DNA of 39,570 nt, taken from the NCBI GenBank assembly GCA_001800675.1, contig MGVW01000022.1, positions 5,130 through 44,699 on the forward strand. Reading direction: 5' to 3'. Origin of the DNA: Euryarchaeota archaeon RBG_13_57_23 (GTDB taxonomy: Archaea; Thermoplasmatota; Thermoplasmata; UBA10834). The notes below the pieces were generated by a model that was not told where the DNA came from, searched no databases, and saw nothing but the letters and a program-made list of their open reading frames with translations. Of this stretch, positions 1 to 8,996 are shown piece after piece (the first letter of the stretch is position 1; each line of letters starts with the position of its first letter). The translations under genes and the position numbers were made by a program.

Positions 1-1
1 C

Positions 2-718
2 GAGTATGTGGCTGAGGTTGCTCCGGCTTGCGTCCGCCAGGTCTGAAGGGCTCTCGTTCCCCGCCACGATCTGGATGGCTTTCATCCCGCATCGCTTCGC
101 TCCTTCGACGTCCTTCTCAGGGTCGTCCCCTATGTGCACCGCGGATCTCGGGACGACTTTGAGTTTGTCGAGAGTGACCCTGAAGGCCATCTCCGCGGGC
201 TTCCTGACCTGTATCTCGTTCGAGAAAGTCGTCACGTCGAAGTGTTCGAGTATGCCCATCCTGTCCATCAGAGTCCTCAAGACGGACCCAGGCGTCCTTC
301 CCGTATTCGAGATGAGCCCAATCCTGTACCCGCCGCCTCGTACTTCCTCGAGAGCCTTCTTCGCCCCCGTCAGCAGCACGGGCGGGTTGTCGAGTATGCT
401 CTCGCTATAGATCCGTTCTATCTCCGCCATGTCGTTCGCGGAGAGCCTGCTCGCGAGTTTCGCGTCCACCGAGCTGAGCATGAAAAGTACCTGGTCCCGG
501 GCGGACATGTCCCTCCTCTTGCTCCAGGTCAGGGCAAGGAAGTCTCCCGTCTCCCGATGGGCCGACTCGATCTCCTCTAGCGAATGCGTCGCACCCTTCG
601 CGCTCAGTATCTTACCTATCCCATCGATGCGCAGCTTCGCGACCTTGTCGGATCCTCCAGGATGCTCCTTGATGAGCGTGTCCCAGAGGTCAAAAGTGAC
701 TGCCGTTATCTTCCTCAT
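2..718 (-). CDS. HAD-superfamily hydrolase (runs off window edge)
   Basis: Not in ORF track. Manual translation from ATG 718 gives MRKITAVTFDLWDTL (motif I DxxxT), ISNT (motif II), RKP (motif III) and HIGDDPEKD (motif IV). No stop before the window edge. Confidence 0.9.
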   Translation of the reverse strand, partial: MRKITAVTFDLWDTLIKEHPGGSDKVAKLRIDGIGKILSAKGATHSLEEIESAHRETGDFLALTWSKRRDMSARDQVLFMLSSVDAKLASRLSANDMAEIERIYSESILDNPPVLLTGAKKALEEVRGGGYRIGLISNTGRTPGSVLRTLMDRMGILEHFDVTTFSNEIQVRKPAEMAFRVTLDKLKVVPRSAVHIGDDPEKDVEGAKRCGMKAIQIVAGNESPSDLADASRSNLSHIL

Positions 719-832
719 GCGTGTACCAGAGGCTAGGCGTGCCTCACTATTGAAATGCTCCATTCTACAACTCCGCTCGGACATCATGCCGCCCTGTCCC
801 CGCACCGCGTACCATGCGCGCGACAGACAACG

Positions 833-841
833 CTTATATAT
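833..841 (+). promoter_or_regulatory. TATA box of the 5S rRNA gene
   Basis: cttatatat lies ~30 nt upstream of the 5S 5' end. Confidence 0.6.
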
Positions 842-869
842 GACTTCGATATTAGATGGCCCGAAGAGC

Positions 870-1091
870 GGTCTGACGGCCAAAGTGGCGGGGCCACACC
901 TGGTCCCTTTCCGAACCCAGAAGTTAAGCCCGCCTACGTTCTTCGTGGTACTGAGGTGCGCGAGCCCTCGGGAAGCCCAAGGCCCTTCGGGGCCTCTTGA
1001 CCATAGCGGCTAGGTGTACTAGCCAGGTACCTTCGGGTACAGGGTGAACTGCACTGCTTGAAACCGTTATGGACTTGGTAAGCTGTCAGCC
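870..1091 (+). rRNA. rrf: 5S rRNA with ~100-nt insertion (expansion segment)
   Basis: Contains the canonical 5S motifs CCGAACCCAGAAGTTAAGCC and GGTACTGAGGTGCGCGAGCCCTCGGGAA. The helix I 5' strand CTGACGGC (873-880) finds its complement GCTGTCAG only at 1082-1089, giving ~220 nt instead of ~120. Confidence 0.9.
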
Positions 1092-1201
1092 ATCTCTTCA
1101 TTTCAAATCTTCATCCGTTCCATCCGGCGTAGCGGGAGTTGGTACTCACCGCGAAGCCTTTATAAGAACACAGATAGCTTGTCGCTCAGGAGCTGGCAAC
1201 G

Positions 1202-2089
1202 TTGGCTCTCTCCCTCGAAGAGAAATGGATTCTAGTCGCGATTTTCGCAGTCATCGGCATCGCGGCGGTGTACTTCGAGGTACGGTACATGAGGAGCAAG
1301 AGCAGGGAGATCCGAGAGGTGGATCAGAAAGGTGATGAGGCCCACAACGCGATCCTCACCACGCGGTCAGTTATCAACGCAATGCAGACCAGGGGCATGG
1401 ACACGGGCGCATCCGAGAGACTCATCCTGAGCGCGAGACAGGCCCTGCAACGGAAACAGTACGACCATTGCATGAGACTGTGCGAACAGGCAAGGCATGA
1501 GCTCACAAATCCCTCGACTTCAGCCTCCGCCTCGGACGAGGATGCGGGCGGTTCGGATTTGGAGGAGGTTGCGAAATCGATTCTCAGGTCGGACAGCGGC
1601 CCGTCGAGTGCGGACCTCTACACGGGCTCCAAACTGTCGGTAGACAGGGACGGGAACTACCTGAGCGCCAAGTTCGAAATCAACACCGCGAAGATCGACC
1701 TGAAGGAGGCCGTTGACCGAGGGTCGGATACTTCAGACGCTCAGGGACTCCTGACTGATGCCGAGGGGGCATTCGTCGCGGGCAATTACACGAAGGCGCT
1801 CTCCTTGGCGCTGAGGTCCAGGAAGGCCATAAGCTCGGAGGTCGAGCGGGAGACAATCCCTCTGAAGCGCGTCGATGGGGAAGAGTCGGAGACTGAACCC
1901 ATGCCCGACGAGTCGTCTGGACATCCAGCTCAGAGGTGCAAGGAGTGCAGTTCCCTGCTAGATTCCGGGGACACGTTCTGTGGAGTCTGCGGGGCCAAGG
2001 TCTTGGTCGAGCGCATTTGTGAGAACTGCGGGGCAAAGTCCAGGTCCGACGACAAGTTCTGCAGGAAGTGCGGTGCATCGCTCATCTAG
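1202..2089 (+). CDS. Membrane-anchored protein with two helical repeats and C-terminal double zinc ribbon
   Basis: N-terminal TM helix (WILVAIFAVIGIAAVYF), two similar ~55-aa helical units (…RGMDTGASERLI… / …RGSDTSDAQGLL…), and four CxxC pairs at the C-terminus. TTG start follows AGGAG. Confidence 0.8.
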   Translation: MALSLEEKWILVAIFAVIGIAAVYFEVRYMRSKSREIREVDQKGDEAHNAILTTRSVINAMQTRGMDTGASERLILSARQALQRKQYDHCMRLCEQARHELTNPSTSASASDEDAGGSDLEEVAKSILRSDSGPSSADLYTGSKLSVDRDGNYLSAKFEINTAKIDLKEAVDRGSDTSDAQGLLTDAEGAFVAGNYTKALSLALRSRKAISSEVERETIPLKRVDGEESETEPMPDESSGHPAQRCKECSSLLDSGDTFCGVCGAKVLVERICENCGAKSRSDDKFCRKCGASLI

Positions 2090-2847
2090 TGCGCGGAATA
2101 CTTGTTCTTGACGATCACGACCGCTAGGGCGCCCGCTCCGAAACCGTTGTCTATGTTCACGACGCCTATTCCGCTCGAACAGCTGGAGAGCATCCCGAGA
2201 AGTGCGGCGATGCCTTCGAAGCTCGCTCCGTAGCCCACGCTCGTTGGCACAGCCACGACCGGTTTGCTGGTCAGGCCTGCGACTACGCTCGGGAGGGCGC
2301 CCTCCATGCCGGCGAGGACGATGATCACATCTGCTTTGTCGAATTGTCCCATGTTCGATGTCAGTCTGTGAATCCCTGCGACGCCGACGTCGTAAAGCCT
2401 GTCCACCCTGCAACCCAGGAGTTCGCATGTGACCGCTGCTTCCTCGGCGACCGGTATGTCTGATGTGCCTGCGGTGACGATCAACACCCTCCCGATCGGC
2501 TGTCTCCTCAGCATGCCCACAGACAGCATCCTCGCTTCGGGGTACCATCTGACCTTCGAGCCGAACCTCGTTCTCAGCTTGCTAGAGATTTCCTTCGTCA
2601 TGCGGGTGAAGACCGCCTCGTCACGCCTGGCGAGTATCCTCTCCACGATGCCCACTATCTGCTTCTCAGTCTTCCCGGGTGTATAGATCGCCTCAGGAAT
2701 CCCCTTCCTCAACTCACGGTGGTGGTCGAGCTTCGCGAACTTGAGGTCGTCGTATGGCAGAGTGCGGAGTTGCTCGAGGGCTTCGGCAACCGTGCACTTT
2801 CCGCTCCCGAGTTCTTCGAGGATCTTCTTGATCTTCTTCGGGTTCAT
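2086..2847 (-). CDS. larB: Nickel-pincer cofactor biosynthesis carboxylase LarB (PurE-like)
   Basis: Motifs AGTSDIPVAEEA, DVGVAGIHR, AGMEGALPSVV, VPTSVGYG, SCSSGIGVVNIDNGFGA. Confidence 0.92.
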   Translation of the reverse strand: MNPKKIKKILEELGSGKCTVAEALEQLRTLPYDDLKFAKLDHHRELRKGIPEAIYTPGKTEKQIVGIVERILARRDEAVFTRMTKEISSKLRTRFGSKVRWYPEARMLSVGMLRRQPIGRVLIVTAGTSDIPVAEEAAVTCELLGCRVDRLYDVGVAGIHRLTSNMGQFDKADVIIVLAGMEGALPSVVAGLTSKPVVAVPTSVGYGASFEGIAALLGMLSSCSSGIGVVNIDNGFGAGALAVVIVKNKYSAH

Positions 2848-3656
2848 CTCAGGATCACCTCGTTCAGGCTCCCCGTCCTGTAACCTTCCAGATCGAGGGT
2901 CACATACGCGAACCCAAGCGCGCGCAACCTCTTCGATACAGCGGTTCTGGTCCCCGCGGAGGTGAGCCTCGAAATATCCTTGGGGGAAACCTCCACTCGG
3001 GCTGTGTTCCCATGCATCCTGACCCTCACCTCGTCGAACCCCTTCGCCTTGAGGAACTCCTCGGCCTCCTCTATCATGCCCAGCTTCTCCATGGTGATGA
3101 TTTCGCCGTAAGGGATCCTAGACGCCAGGCACGGACTTGAACTCTTGTGCGCGGTCGGGAGTCTGAGTGCCTTGGATATCATCCGCACATCTTGCTTGGT
3201 CAGGCCGAGCTGTGCCAGCGGACTCTTCACCTTCATCTCCTCCTTCGCCTTCAGGCCTGGCCTGTAGTCCTGCAAATCCTCCGCGTTCGAGCCGTCCAGG
3301 ATTTCCCTGAAACCTCGACTCTTCGCCACCTTCTTGAGCTGACCGAAATCATTCAGCTTGCACTGGTAGCACCTGTCCAACGGGTTGCTGACGAACACCT
3401 TGTCGTCGAGGGGATTGGTGTGGACAACCAGGTGTTCGATCCCGATCTTCTTGGCCACCTGTTCTGCCTGCTTCAGCTCCGATGCTGGATACAGCGGCGA
3501 GGAGATCGTGACCGCAATGGCTTTCTTCCCGAGCTCGTCGTGGGCGATCTTCGCAACCAGGGTCGAATCCGTTCCCCCGGAGAACGCGACGACCGCGGAG
3601 CCAAACGATCTGACGTTGGCCCTCAACTCCTTAAGCTTCCGCTCGATGGCCTTCAT
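2844..3656 (-). CDS. larE: ATP-dependent sulfur transferase LarE (PP-loop)
   Basis: PP-loop SGGTDS, RCYQCK, DYRPG, PCLASRIPYG, DLEGYRTGSLN. Overlaps larB by 4 nt. Confidence 0.92.
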   Translation of the reverse strand: MKAIERKLKELRANVRSFGSAVVAFSGGTDSTLVAKIAHDELGKKAIAVTISSPLYPASELKQAEQVAKKIGIEHLVVHTNPLDDKVFVSNPLDRCYQCKLNDFGQLKKVAKSRGFREILDGSNAEDLQDYRPGLKAKEEMKVKSPLAQLGLTKQDVRMISKALRLPTAHKSSSPCLASRIPYGEIITMEKLGMIEEAEEFLKAKGFDEVRVRMHGNTARVEVSPKDISRLTSAGTRTAVSKRLRALGFAYVTLDLEGYRTGSLNEVILR

Positions 3657-3691
3657 CGCAACTGTCCGAACAGCTGGCGCCTATTTTTAGT

Positions 3692-4057
3692 TTAGTAACA
3701 GAGCGTTGCGTCCGCTGACGACACCTCTGTCACGACCGTCCCCGCGGCGACCTGTTTCGTCCCCTCGATCAGCATGTCCTCCGTGATGTTCCTCGACTTC
3801 ATGCAGGGGACGCACGCGAAGATCTTCCCGCCCAATTCCTTGAAGTCCTTCATCAGCTGGTCTAACGGCGGAAATGCCTCAGCCCTCACGTGGCTCGCAT
3901 AATCCTTCACCGCGAGCCAGATACCAGTGGTCTGCAGGATCACTGTGACATCCATCTCCGTCGCCAGGGCCGCGTTGGCCATCACGAACGGTATCGTAGC
4001 CCTTTCTGGGTCCTCTCCCCCGTGGGTTGCTATAATGATTATGTTCTTCGTTGACAC
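3692..4057 (-). CDS. DsrE/DsrF-like family protein
   Basis: [22 protein letters not shown] and [10 protein letters not shown] are typical of DsrE-like proteins. GTG 4057 after GAGG is preferred to the ORF-track start at 4240. Confidence 0.8.
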   Translation of the reverse strand: MSTKNIIIIATHGGEDPERATIPFVMANAALATEMDVTVILQTTGIWLAVKDYASHVRAEAFPPLDQLMKDFKELGGKIFACVPCMKSRNITEDMLIEGTKQVAAGTVVTEVSSADATLCY

Positions 4058-4223
4058 CGCAACTGCCTCGCGCTCCAGAGGGACCCTGACGGTAAGCTCC
4101 TTGTCCCGAACGATGCGTGTCGGATTTGAGATGGTAGTATGGCAATTCCTGGGTCCAGTTGGACAAGTAATAAATAGCGTCAAACCCCCTTTGAAAAAGC
4201 CTGGCCGAGCCTTGGAGGAAGGA

Positions 4224-4496
4224 ATGGCAGAGGAGAACACAGTCTACATTGGAAAGAAGCCTACCATGAACTACGTCCTCGCTGTGGTGTCGCAGATCAA
4301 CTCCGGTTGCGATGACATCTGCATAAAGGCGCGAGGAAGAGCCATCAGCAGGGCTGTGGACGTCGCGGAGATCGTGCGCCACAGGTTCGTCCAAGGCCTG
4401 GACTACAAGGACGTGAAGATAACGACAGAGTCCTTGCCAGGCCAAGATGGCGCGAGCGCGAACGTCTCGTCGATAGAGATCTACATGTCGAAGTAG
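4224..4496 (+). CDS. albA: DNA/RNA-binding protein Alba
   Basis: [40 protein letters not shown] 4224 follows GGAGGAAGG. Confidence 0.95.
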   Translation: MAEENTVYIGKKPTMNYVLAVVSQINSGCDDICIKARGRAISRAVDVAEIVRHRFVQGLDYKDVKITTESLPGQDGASANVSSIEIYMSK

Positions 4497-4644
4497 ATCC
4501 TCAGTCAACAACGGTGTTCAGTCCGGGCTCAGGCGTCTTCTGAAGCGGCCTCGCCATGGGTGGTCGAGTGCGAGCAGCACGCGCGCTATGCAACGGTTTA
4601 TGTCAGGCTAGGCCAATCGGCCACACGTGGAACCCGGTGACAGG

Positions 4645-5421
4645 ATGATACTTGTCAAGCTCGGCGGCAGCGTGATCACGGACAAGTCGAGACTCAGGAC
4701 TTTCCGGAAGGCGTCTTGTGACAGGCTCTCTAAAGAGCTCGGCCAAGCGCGGGCCGCGCTCGCGGTCGTGCACGGTGCGGGCTCGTTCGGCCATATCGAG
4801 GCAAAGAAACATGCGCTCCACAAGGGCTACAAGAAGGAATCCCAGATCCAAGCGGTCGCGTCCGTTCAGCGCGATGTCAGGGAGCTCAACCTCAAGGTGC
4901 TGGAGTCGCTCATCGACTCGGGCATACGTGCGGTCTCCGTTCCCCCCGCGTCCGCGGGCACGTTCTCAGGCGGAAAGCTGAGTTCGTTCTCGAAGACGCC
5001 TTTCGAGGTGCAGCTCGACCTCGGCCTGATACCCGTCTCCTTCGGAGACGTTGTGCCAGACCGCTCAATGGGGTTCTCGATCTGCTCGGGCGACCTGATG
5101 ATGGAGGCTCTTGCCAAAGCATTTCGACCTAAGCTGGTAGTGTTCTGCGCCGATGTCGACGGCGTCTTCGACCGCGATCCGAAGCGGAGCGCACGAGCGG
5201 AACTGATAACCGAATTCGATGGCACTTCGCTCAGGAACATGAGGAGGACTCAAGCAAGACACGCGGATGTCACGGGCAGCATCTACGGCAAGTTGGAGCG
5301 CATGCTGGTCATCGCCCGGCACTGCGAAAAGTGTATGATAGTGAACGGCAATGTGCCGGGAAGGCTGAGAAATGCGATAGCTGGCAGGCAAGTGATCGCC
5401 ACGCGTGTCGTCCCGGGATAG
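4645..5421 (+). CDS. ipk: Isopentenyl phosphate kinase (amino-acid kinase fold)
   Basis: KLGGSVITDK, VHGAGSFGH, SGD, DVTGSIYGKL. Adjacent to fni. Confidence 0.9.
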   Translation: MILVKLGGSVITDKSRLRTFRKASCDRLSKELGQARAALAVVHGAGSFGHIEAKKHALHKGYKKESQIQAVASVQRDVRELNLKVLESLIDSGIRAVSVPPASAGTFSGGKLSSFSKTPFEVQLDLGLIPVSFGDVVPDRSMGFSICSGDLMMEALAKAFRPKLVVFCADVDGVFDRDPKRSARAELITEFDGTSLRNMRRTQARHADVTGSIYGKLERMLVIARHCEKCMIVNGNVPGRLRNAIAGRQVIATRVVPG

Positions 5422-5429
5422 GTGTATGA

Positions 5430-6515
5430 ATGGCCCCTCAGGATGAGCCCGACAAGAAGCTCATAGAGAAGAGAAAGCACGACCACATCGAGATTTGTGC
5501 GAGCGAGGATGTCGGCCAGAGCTACATGTACTGGGACGACGTGAAGTTCCTTCACAACCCTCTCCCCGAGGTCGACTTCGAGGAGATCGATACTTCGACA
5601 ACGATTTTCGGCCGGAAGCTGAAGGCGCCGATTGTGATATCCGCCATCACAGGGGGTTACGGCAAGGCGGAGGAGATAAACAGGAACCTCGCGTCCGTCG
5701 CCGAGGAGTTCGGGCTCGGCATGGGCGTAGGGAGCCAGAGAGCTGCCTTGGAGAACCCAGAGGTTGCTAGGACCTATTCAGTGATAAAGGAATTCGAAAT
5801 CCCTCTGCGCATCGGGAACCTGGGAGTCCCTCAGCTCATTCACCAGGGCAAGAAGCCGCCGCTCGATGTTGGGGACGGCAGAAGGGCCATGGAGATGGTT
5901 GATGCTCACATTCTCGCGGTGCATATGAACTACCTTCAGGAGATCGTCCAGCCAGAAGGCGATACCAAGAGCAAAGGTGGTCTGAAGGCTCTCGAGAAGT
6001 TCGCATCCGCACTTCCGGTCTTGGCCAAGGAGACGGGCGCGGGCATCCCGAAGGAGACTGCGTTGAAGCTCAAAAAGGCCAAGGTAAAGGGTCTCGATGT
6101 CGGAGGTCTCGGCGGAACCAGCTTCGCCGCGGTCGAGTATTACAGGGCGAAATCCGCCGGCGATTCGACGAGGGTGAACATAGGTAGGACATTCTGGGAT
6201 TGGGGCATCCCTACACCTGTGGCCGTGGTGGTCGCGAACGTCGGCCTGCCGATCATCGCGACAGGCGGGCTTAGAACAGGTCTTGACGTCGCTCGTGCGT
6301 TGTCCATCGGCGCTTCTTGTGGTGGCATGGCTGGCAGATTCCTTCCAGCGGCGCTGGAGGGTCGTGAGGCGCTCGTCGCGGAGGTCAGCACGATCCTAGA
6401 CGAGCTGCGAGCGGCGATGTTCCTGGTGGGCGCGAAGGACATCAGTGAGCTCGCCTCGGCAAAGGCGATCATGACCGGCAGGTCGAAGGAATGGCTCGAT
6501 CAGCTGACGGAGTGA
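5430..6515 (+). CDS. fni: Type 2 isopentenyl-diphosphate delta-isomerase (IDI-2)
   Basis: RKHDHI, GVGSQRA, QEIVQPEGD, KETGAG, GGTSF, DWGIPT. Confidence 0.95.
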   Translation: MAPQDEPDKKLIEKRKHDHIEICASEDVGQSYMYWDDVKFLHNPLPEVDFEEIDTSTTIFGRKLKAPIVISAITGGYGKAEEINRNLASVAEEFGLGMGVGSQRAALENPEVARTYSVIKEFEIPLRIGNLGVPQLIHQGKKPPLDVGDGRRAMEMVDAHILAVHMNYLQEIVQPEGDTKSKGGLKALEKFASALPVLAKETGAGIPKETALKLKKAKVKGLDVGGLGGTSFAAVEYYRAKSAGDSTRVNIGRTFWDWGIPTPVAVVVANVGLPIIATGGLRTGLDVARALSIGASCGGMAGRFLPAALEGREALVAEVSTILDELRAAMFLVGAKDISELASAKAIMTGRSKEWLDQLTE

Positions 6516-6520
6516 TTTCA

Positions 6521-7504
6521 ATGGCGTTCCCGGAGGACTACAGTGGCAGGGTTCGTGAGATAAACGAACAGCTGATGCATTCGTTCGATGTGATTCAGGA
6601 CAAGAACCTGAAAGGCGCGATGGCACATTATCCGGCGGCTGGCGGCAAGAGACTGCGCCCTCTGCTCGCCACCATCGCCAGCGAAGCAGTCGGTGGCAAA
6701 CCGAACTCTGCGATGCCTTTTGGGATCGCCCTCGAGATGGTCCACAACTTCACTCTGGTCCATGACGACGTCATGGACGAAGACGACACGAGACGGGGCA
6801 TCAAGACAGTGCACGCAGCGTACGGAATCCCGGAGGCCATCCTTTCAGGAGACGCGCTCTTTGCACGCGCGTTCGAGGTGGCGCTCGATTCAAAGGCGAA
6901 GGATAGCGACCTCGTTCGACTGGTCGAGACTCTGGCGAGGTCGGTCAGACTCCTTGCTGAGGGGCAGCAGATGGACATGGATTTTGAAACCGCGAAGACA
7001 GTGACCTCCGATCAGTACATGAAAATGATAGAGCTCAAGACCGCGGTCCTGTACCAGGCCGCGGCGCAGGGAGGGGCGATATGCGGGGGCGCAAGCAAGG
7101 CTCAGGAGGACGCGCTTGCGGAATACGGCAGACTGATGGGTCTCGGGTTCCAGATATGGGACGATGTATTGGATCTTCTTTCGGACCAAGAGACCTTCGG
7201 CAAGCCAGTGCTCAACGACATCCGCAATGGTAAGAAGACTCTGATCGTCATCCAGGCACTCGAAGATCTCAAGGGTCCGGAGAGAGCGGAGTTGCTGTCG
7301 ACCCTCGGGAACGAGAAGGCGACCAAGGAAGAGCTAGTGAGGGCGCGCGATATCCTGGACGAGGTCGGCGCGATCGACCATGCGACGAAGGTCGCGGATG
7401 GGCTGATAAAACAGGCGAAGGAGAAGTTGTCCGTTCTGAAGGACAGCAATCACAAGACCGCTCTGATCGCATTCGCGGACTTCATGGTGAAGCGCAAGAC
7501 CTAG
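6521..7504 (+). CDS. Geranylgeranyl diphosphate synthase (short-chain polyprenyl synthase)
   Basis: GGKRLRP, FARM NFTLVHDDVMD with Phe five residues before DDxxD (short-chain signature), GQQMD, KT, SARM FQIWDDVLD. Confidence 0.9.
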   Translation: MAFPEDYSGRVREINEQLMHSFDVIQDKNLKGAMAHYPAAGGKRLRPLLATIASEAVGGKPNSAMPFGIALEMVHNFTLVHDDVMDEDDTRRGIKTVHAAYGIPEAILSGDALFARAFEVALDSKAKDSDLVRLVETLARSVRLLAEGQQMDMDFETAKTVTSDQYMKMIELKTAVLYQAAAQGGAICGGASKAQEDALAEYGRLMGLGFQIWDDVLDLLSDQETFGKPVLNDIRNGKKTLIVIQALEDLKGPERAELLSTLGNEKATKEELVRARDILDEVGAIDHATKVADGLIKQAKEKLSVLKDSNHKTALIAFADFMVKRKT

Positions 7505-8166
7505 GACACGCCAGTCTTCGTTATCTTGAAATCCGCTTTCCGTCCTTCTTCCAAGTGTCTGTGCTTTATGACGGTCGCCCTCCTGGTTCCCGGGCTGACC
7601 TTGTCGAGCCTGATGATCGCCTTTGCGTTGTGGAGCAAGACGTGACCTCCGAGGGGTTCGAAGGTGCCCTTCTCGATATCGGTATAGACCTGGGAGGTCA
7701 CAATGACCGGGAGGTCCTTGCTCCTTCCCACTCCAAGCAGCTTCGCGAGCTGCGGGCTGAGGGACTTCCTCACCCCCCTCTCCTCGTCGTTCCTCGTGAG
7801 CCTGTAGTGGATGGTGGCAGAATCGAGTATGATGACGCCCACCTCGAGCGAGCTGTCTGCGAGCTTCACTGCCTTATCGACGAACTTCTCCTGCTCGTCA
7901 AAAGAGTGTGGCTCGAAGAAAAGGATGTTCTTGAGAACATCCTCGTATGAGTCCCCAGCCATCTGCTTGACCCGTTCGAGGGAGACCCCCTCTGTGTCTA
8001 TGAACAGGACCTTCTTGCCAGCGAGCGCCACGTCCTTCGCGACCTGGAGACAGATATTCGTCTTTCCAGAGCCCGCCTCTCCGAAAAGTAGAGTAATAGC
8101 TCCACCCTCAAACCCTCCTTCAAGGAGGTTGTCAAGAGTGGATGAGCCGGTCGATAGGTGAGTCAC
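7501..8166 (-). CDS. radB: DNA repair protein RadB
   Basis: Walker A GEAGSGKT, FIDTEG, C-terminal KHR motif characteristic of RadB, no N-terminal RadA domain. Confidence 0.92.
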   Translation of the reverse strand: MTHLSTGSSTLDNLLEGGFEGGAITLLFGEAGSGKTNICLQVAKDVALAGKKVLFIDTEGVSLERVKQMAGDSYEDVLKNILFFEPHSFDEQEKFVDKAVKLADSSLEVGVIILDSATIHYRLTRNDEERGVRKSLSPQLAKLLGVGRSKDLPVIVTSQVYTDIEKGTFEPLGGHVLLHNAKAIIRLDKVSPGTRRATVIKHRHLEEGRKADFKITKTGVS

Positions 8167-8268
8167 ACGCCTCGATTGGGGTCATTGGTGATAATCCTTC
8201 CTGATACATCTGGGTTGTGAGATGGGATAGCGCGAAGACTCCCTCTCGAATGTCTTAATATCGCGAAG

Positions 8269-8907
8269 GTGTTCCTTACACGCGTGGCTGTTCACAGAGT
8301 TGGTGCAGAGGCACGGTTGGACTCCGCGGTATGGTTGCGCAGATCCGTGGTTTTCAAGCAGCGCGTCGTGAAGGGCTATCGGCACCCAGTGCTCGACAAG
8401 TCGTTGCAGGCCGCCAGGATCAAGAACGAAGTAAGGCTGATGCTCGAGGCGCGCAGGGCGGGAATCGCAGTTCCAGTCATATACGCCGTCGATTTGGAAG
8501 GCAACAGGATCGTCATGGAGGAGATTCCGGGTGTGCGCGTCAAGGACGCGCTCGAATCGCTCCCGAAGGATCGAGCAGAAGAGATCTGTAGAAAGATCGG
8601 GGCGATTGCCGCGCGGATGCACATGAACGATATTGTCCACGGTGATCTCACGACGAGCAACATGCTCCTGGACGGAGAGCGTATCGTGGTGATCGATTTT
8701 TCCCTTGGCTCCAAGACCTCGGAGGTCGAGGACAAGGGCGTGGACATGCACCTGCTCGAGGAGGCTTTCCACTCCGCTCACTATAAGCGAATCGAGCTTT
8801 TCGAGGTTGTCAGAGACTCCTATGTGCGGTCATATCCAGGCGGAGCTGATGTGCTGCAGAAAGTGAAGGAGATCGAGAAGCGCGGACGCTACATGCGCAA
8901 GGAATAG
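8269..8907 (+). CDS. bud32: KEOPS complex kinase Bud32 (stand-alone)
   Basis: GAEA, KxYRHPxLD, HGDLTTSN, EDKGVD, C-terminal IEKRGRY. The start could be GTG 8284. Confidence 0.9.
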   Translation: MFLTRVAVHRVGAEARLDSAVWLRRSVVFKQRVVKGYRHPVLDKSLQAARIKNEVRLMLEARRAGIAVPVIYAVDLEGNRIVMEEIPGVRVKDALESLPKDRAEEICRKIGAIAARMHMNDIVHGDLTTSNMLLDGERIVVIDFSLGSKTSEVEDKGVDMHLLEEAFHSAHYKRIELFEVVRDSYVRSYPGGADVLQKVKEIEKRGRYMRKE

Positions 8908-8920
8908 CCGTAAGAACGGA

Positions 8921-8981
8921 AATAGAATAAATGGTTTGGACTGCGGAGAGAGTCGAGTTGGAGGAGGAACACCCTCCGCAG
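8921..8981 (-). terminator. Putative terminator: CTGCGGAG/CTCCGCAG inverted repeat followed by a pyrimidine-rich tract
   Basis: 8-bp inverted repeat at 8941-8948 / 8974-8981, then (minus strand) tccaaaccatttattctattt, between convergent genes. Confidence 0.45.
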
Positions 8982-8996
8982 CCTTCTAGATCAATT

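Noticed and set aside
6-1013. Plus-strand ORFs 6-410, 134-580, 429-1013 and 755-1000
   Set aside because: They are shadows of the minus-strand HAD gene or run across the 5S rRNA, and have no protein motifs.
3927-4240. Long N-terminal extensions of Alba and DsrE given by the ORF track
   Set aside because: They overlap each other and the divergent promoter region. SD-supported starts at 4224 and 4057 match the family lengths.
4497-4640. Intergenic region after alba as a structured RNA
   Set aside because: No convincing long stems or known motifs.
8690-8710. DFS instead of DFG in Bud32 as a sign of inactivation
   Set aside because: The metal-binding Asp, catalytic HGDLTTSN and the Lys are intact, so the substitution alone is not evidence of a pseudokinase.
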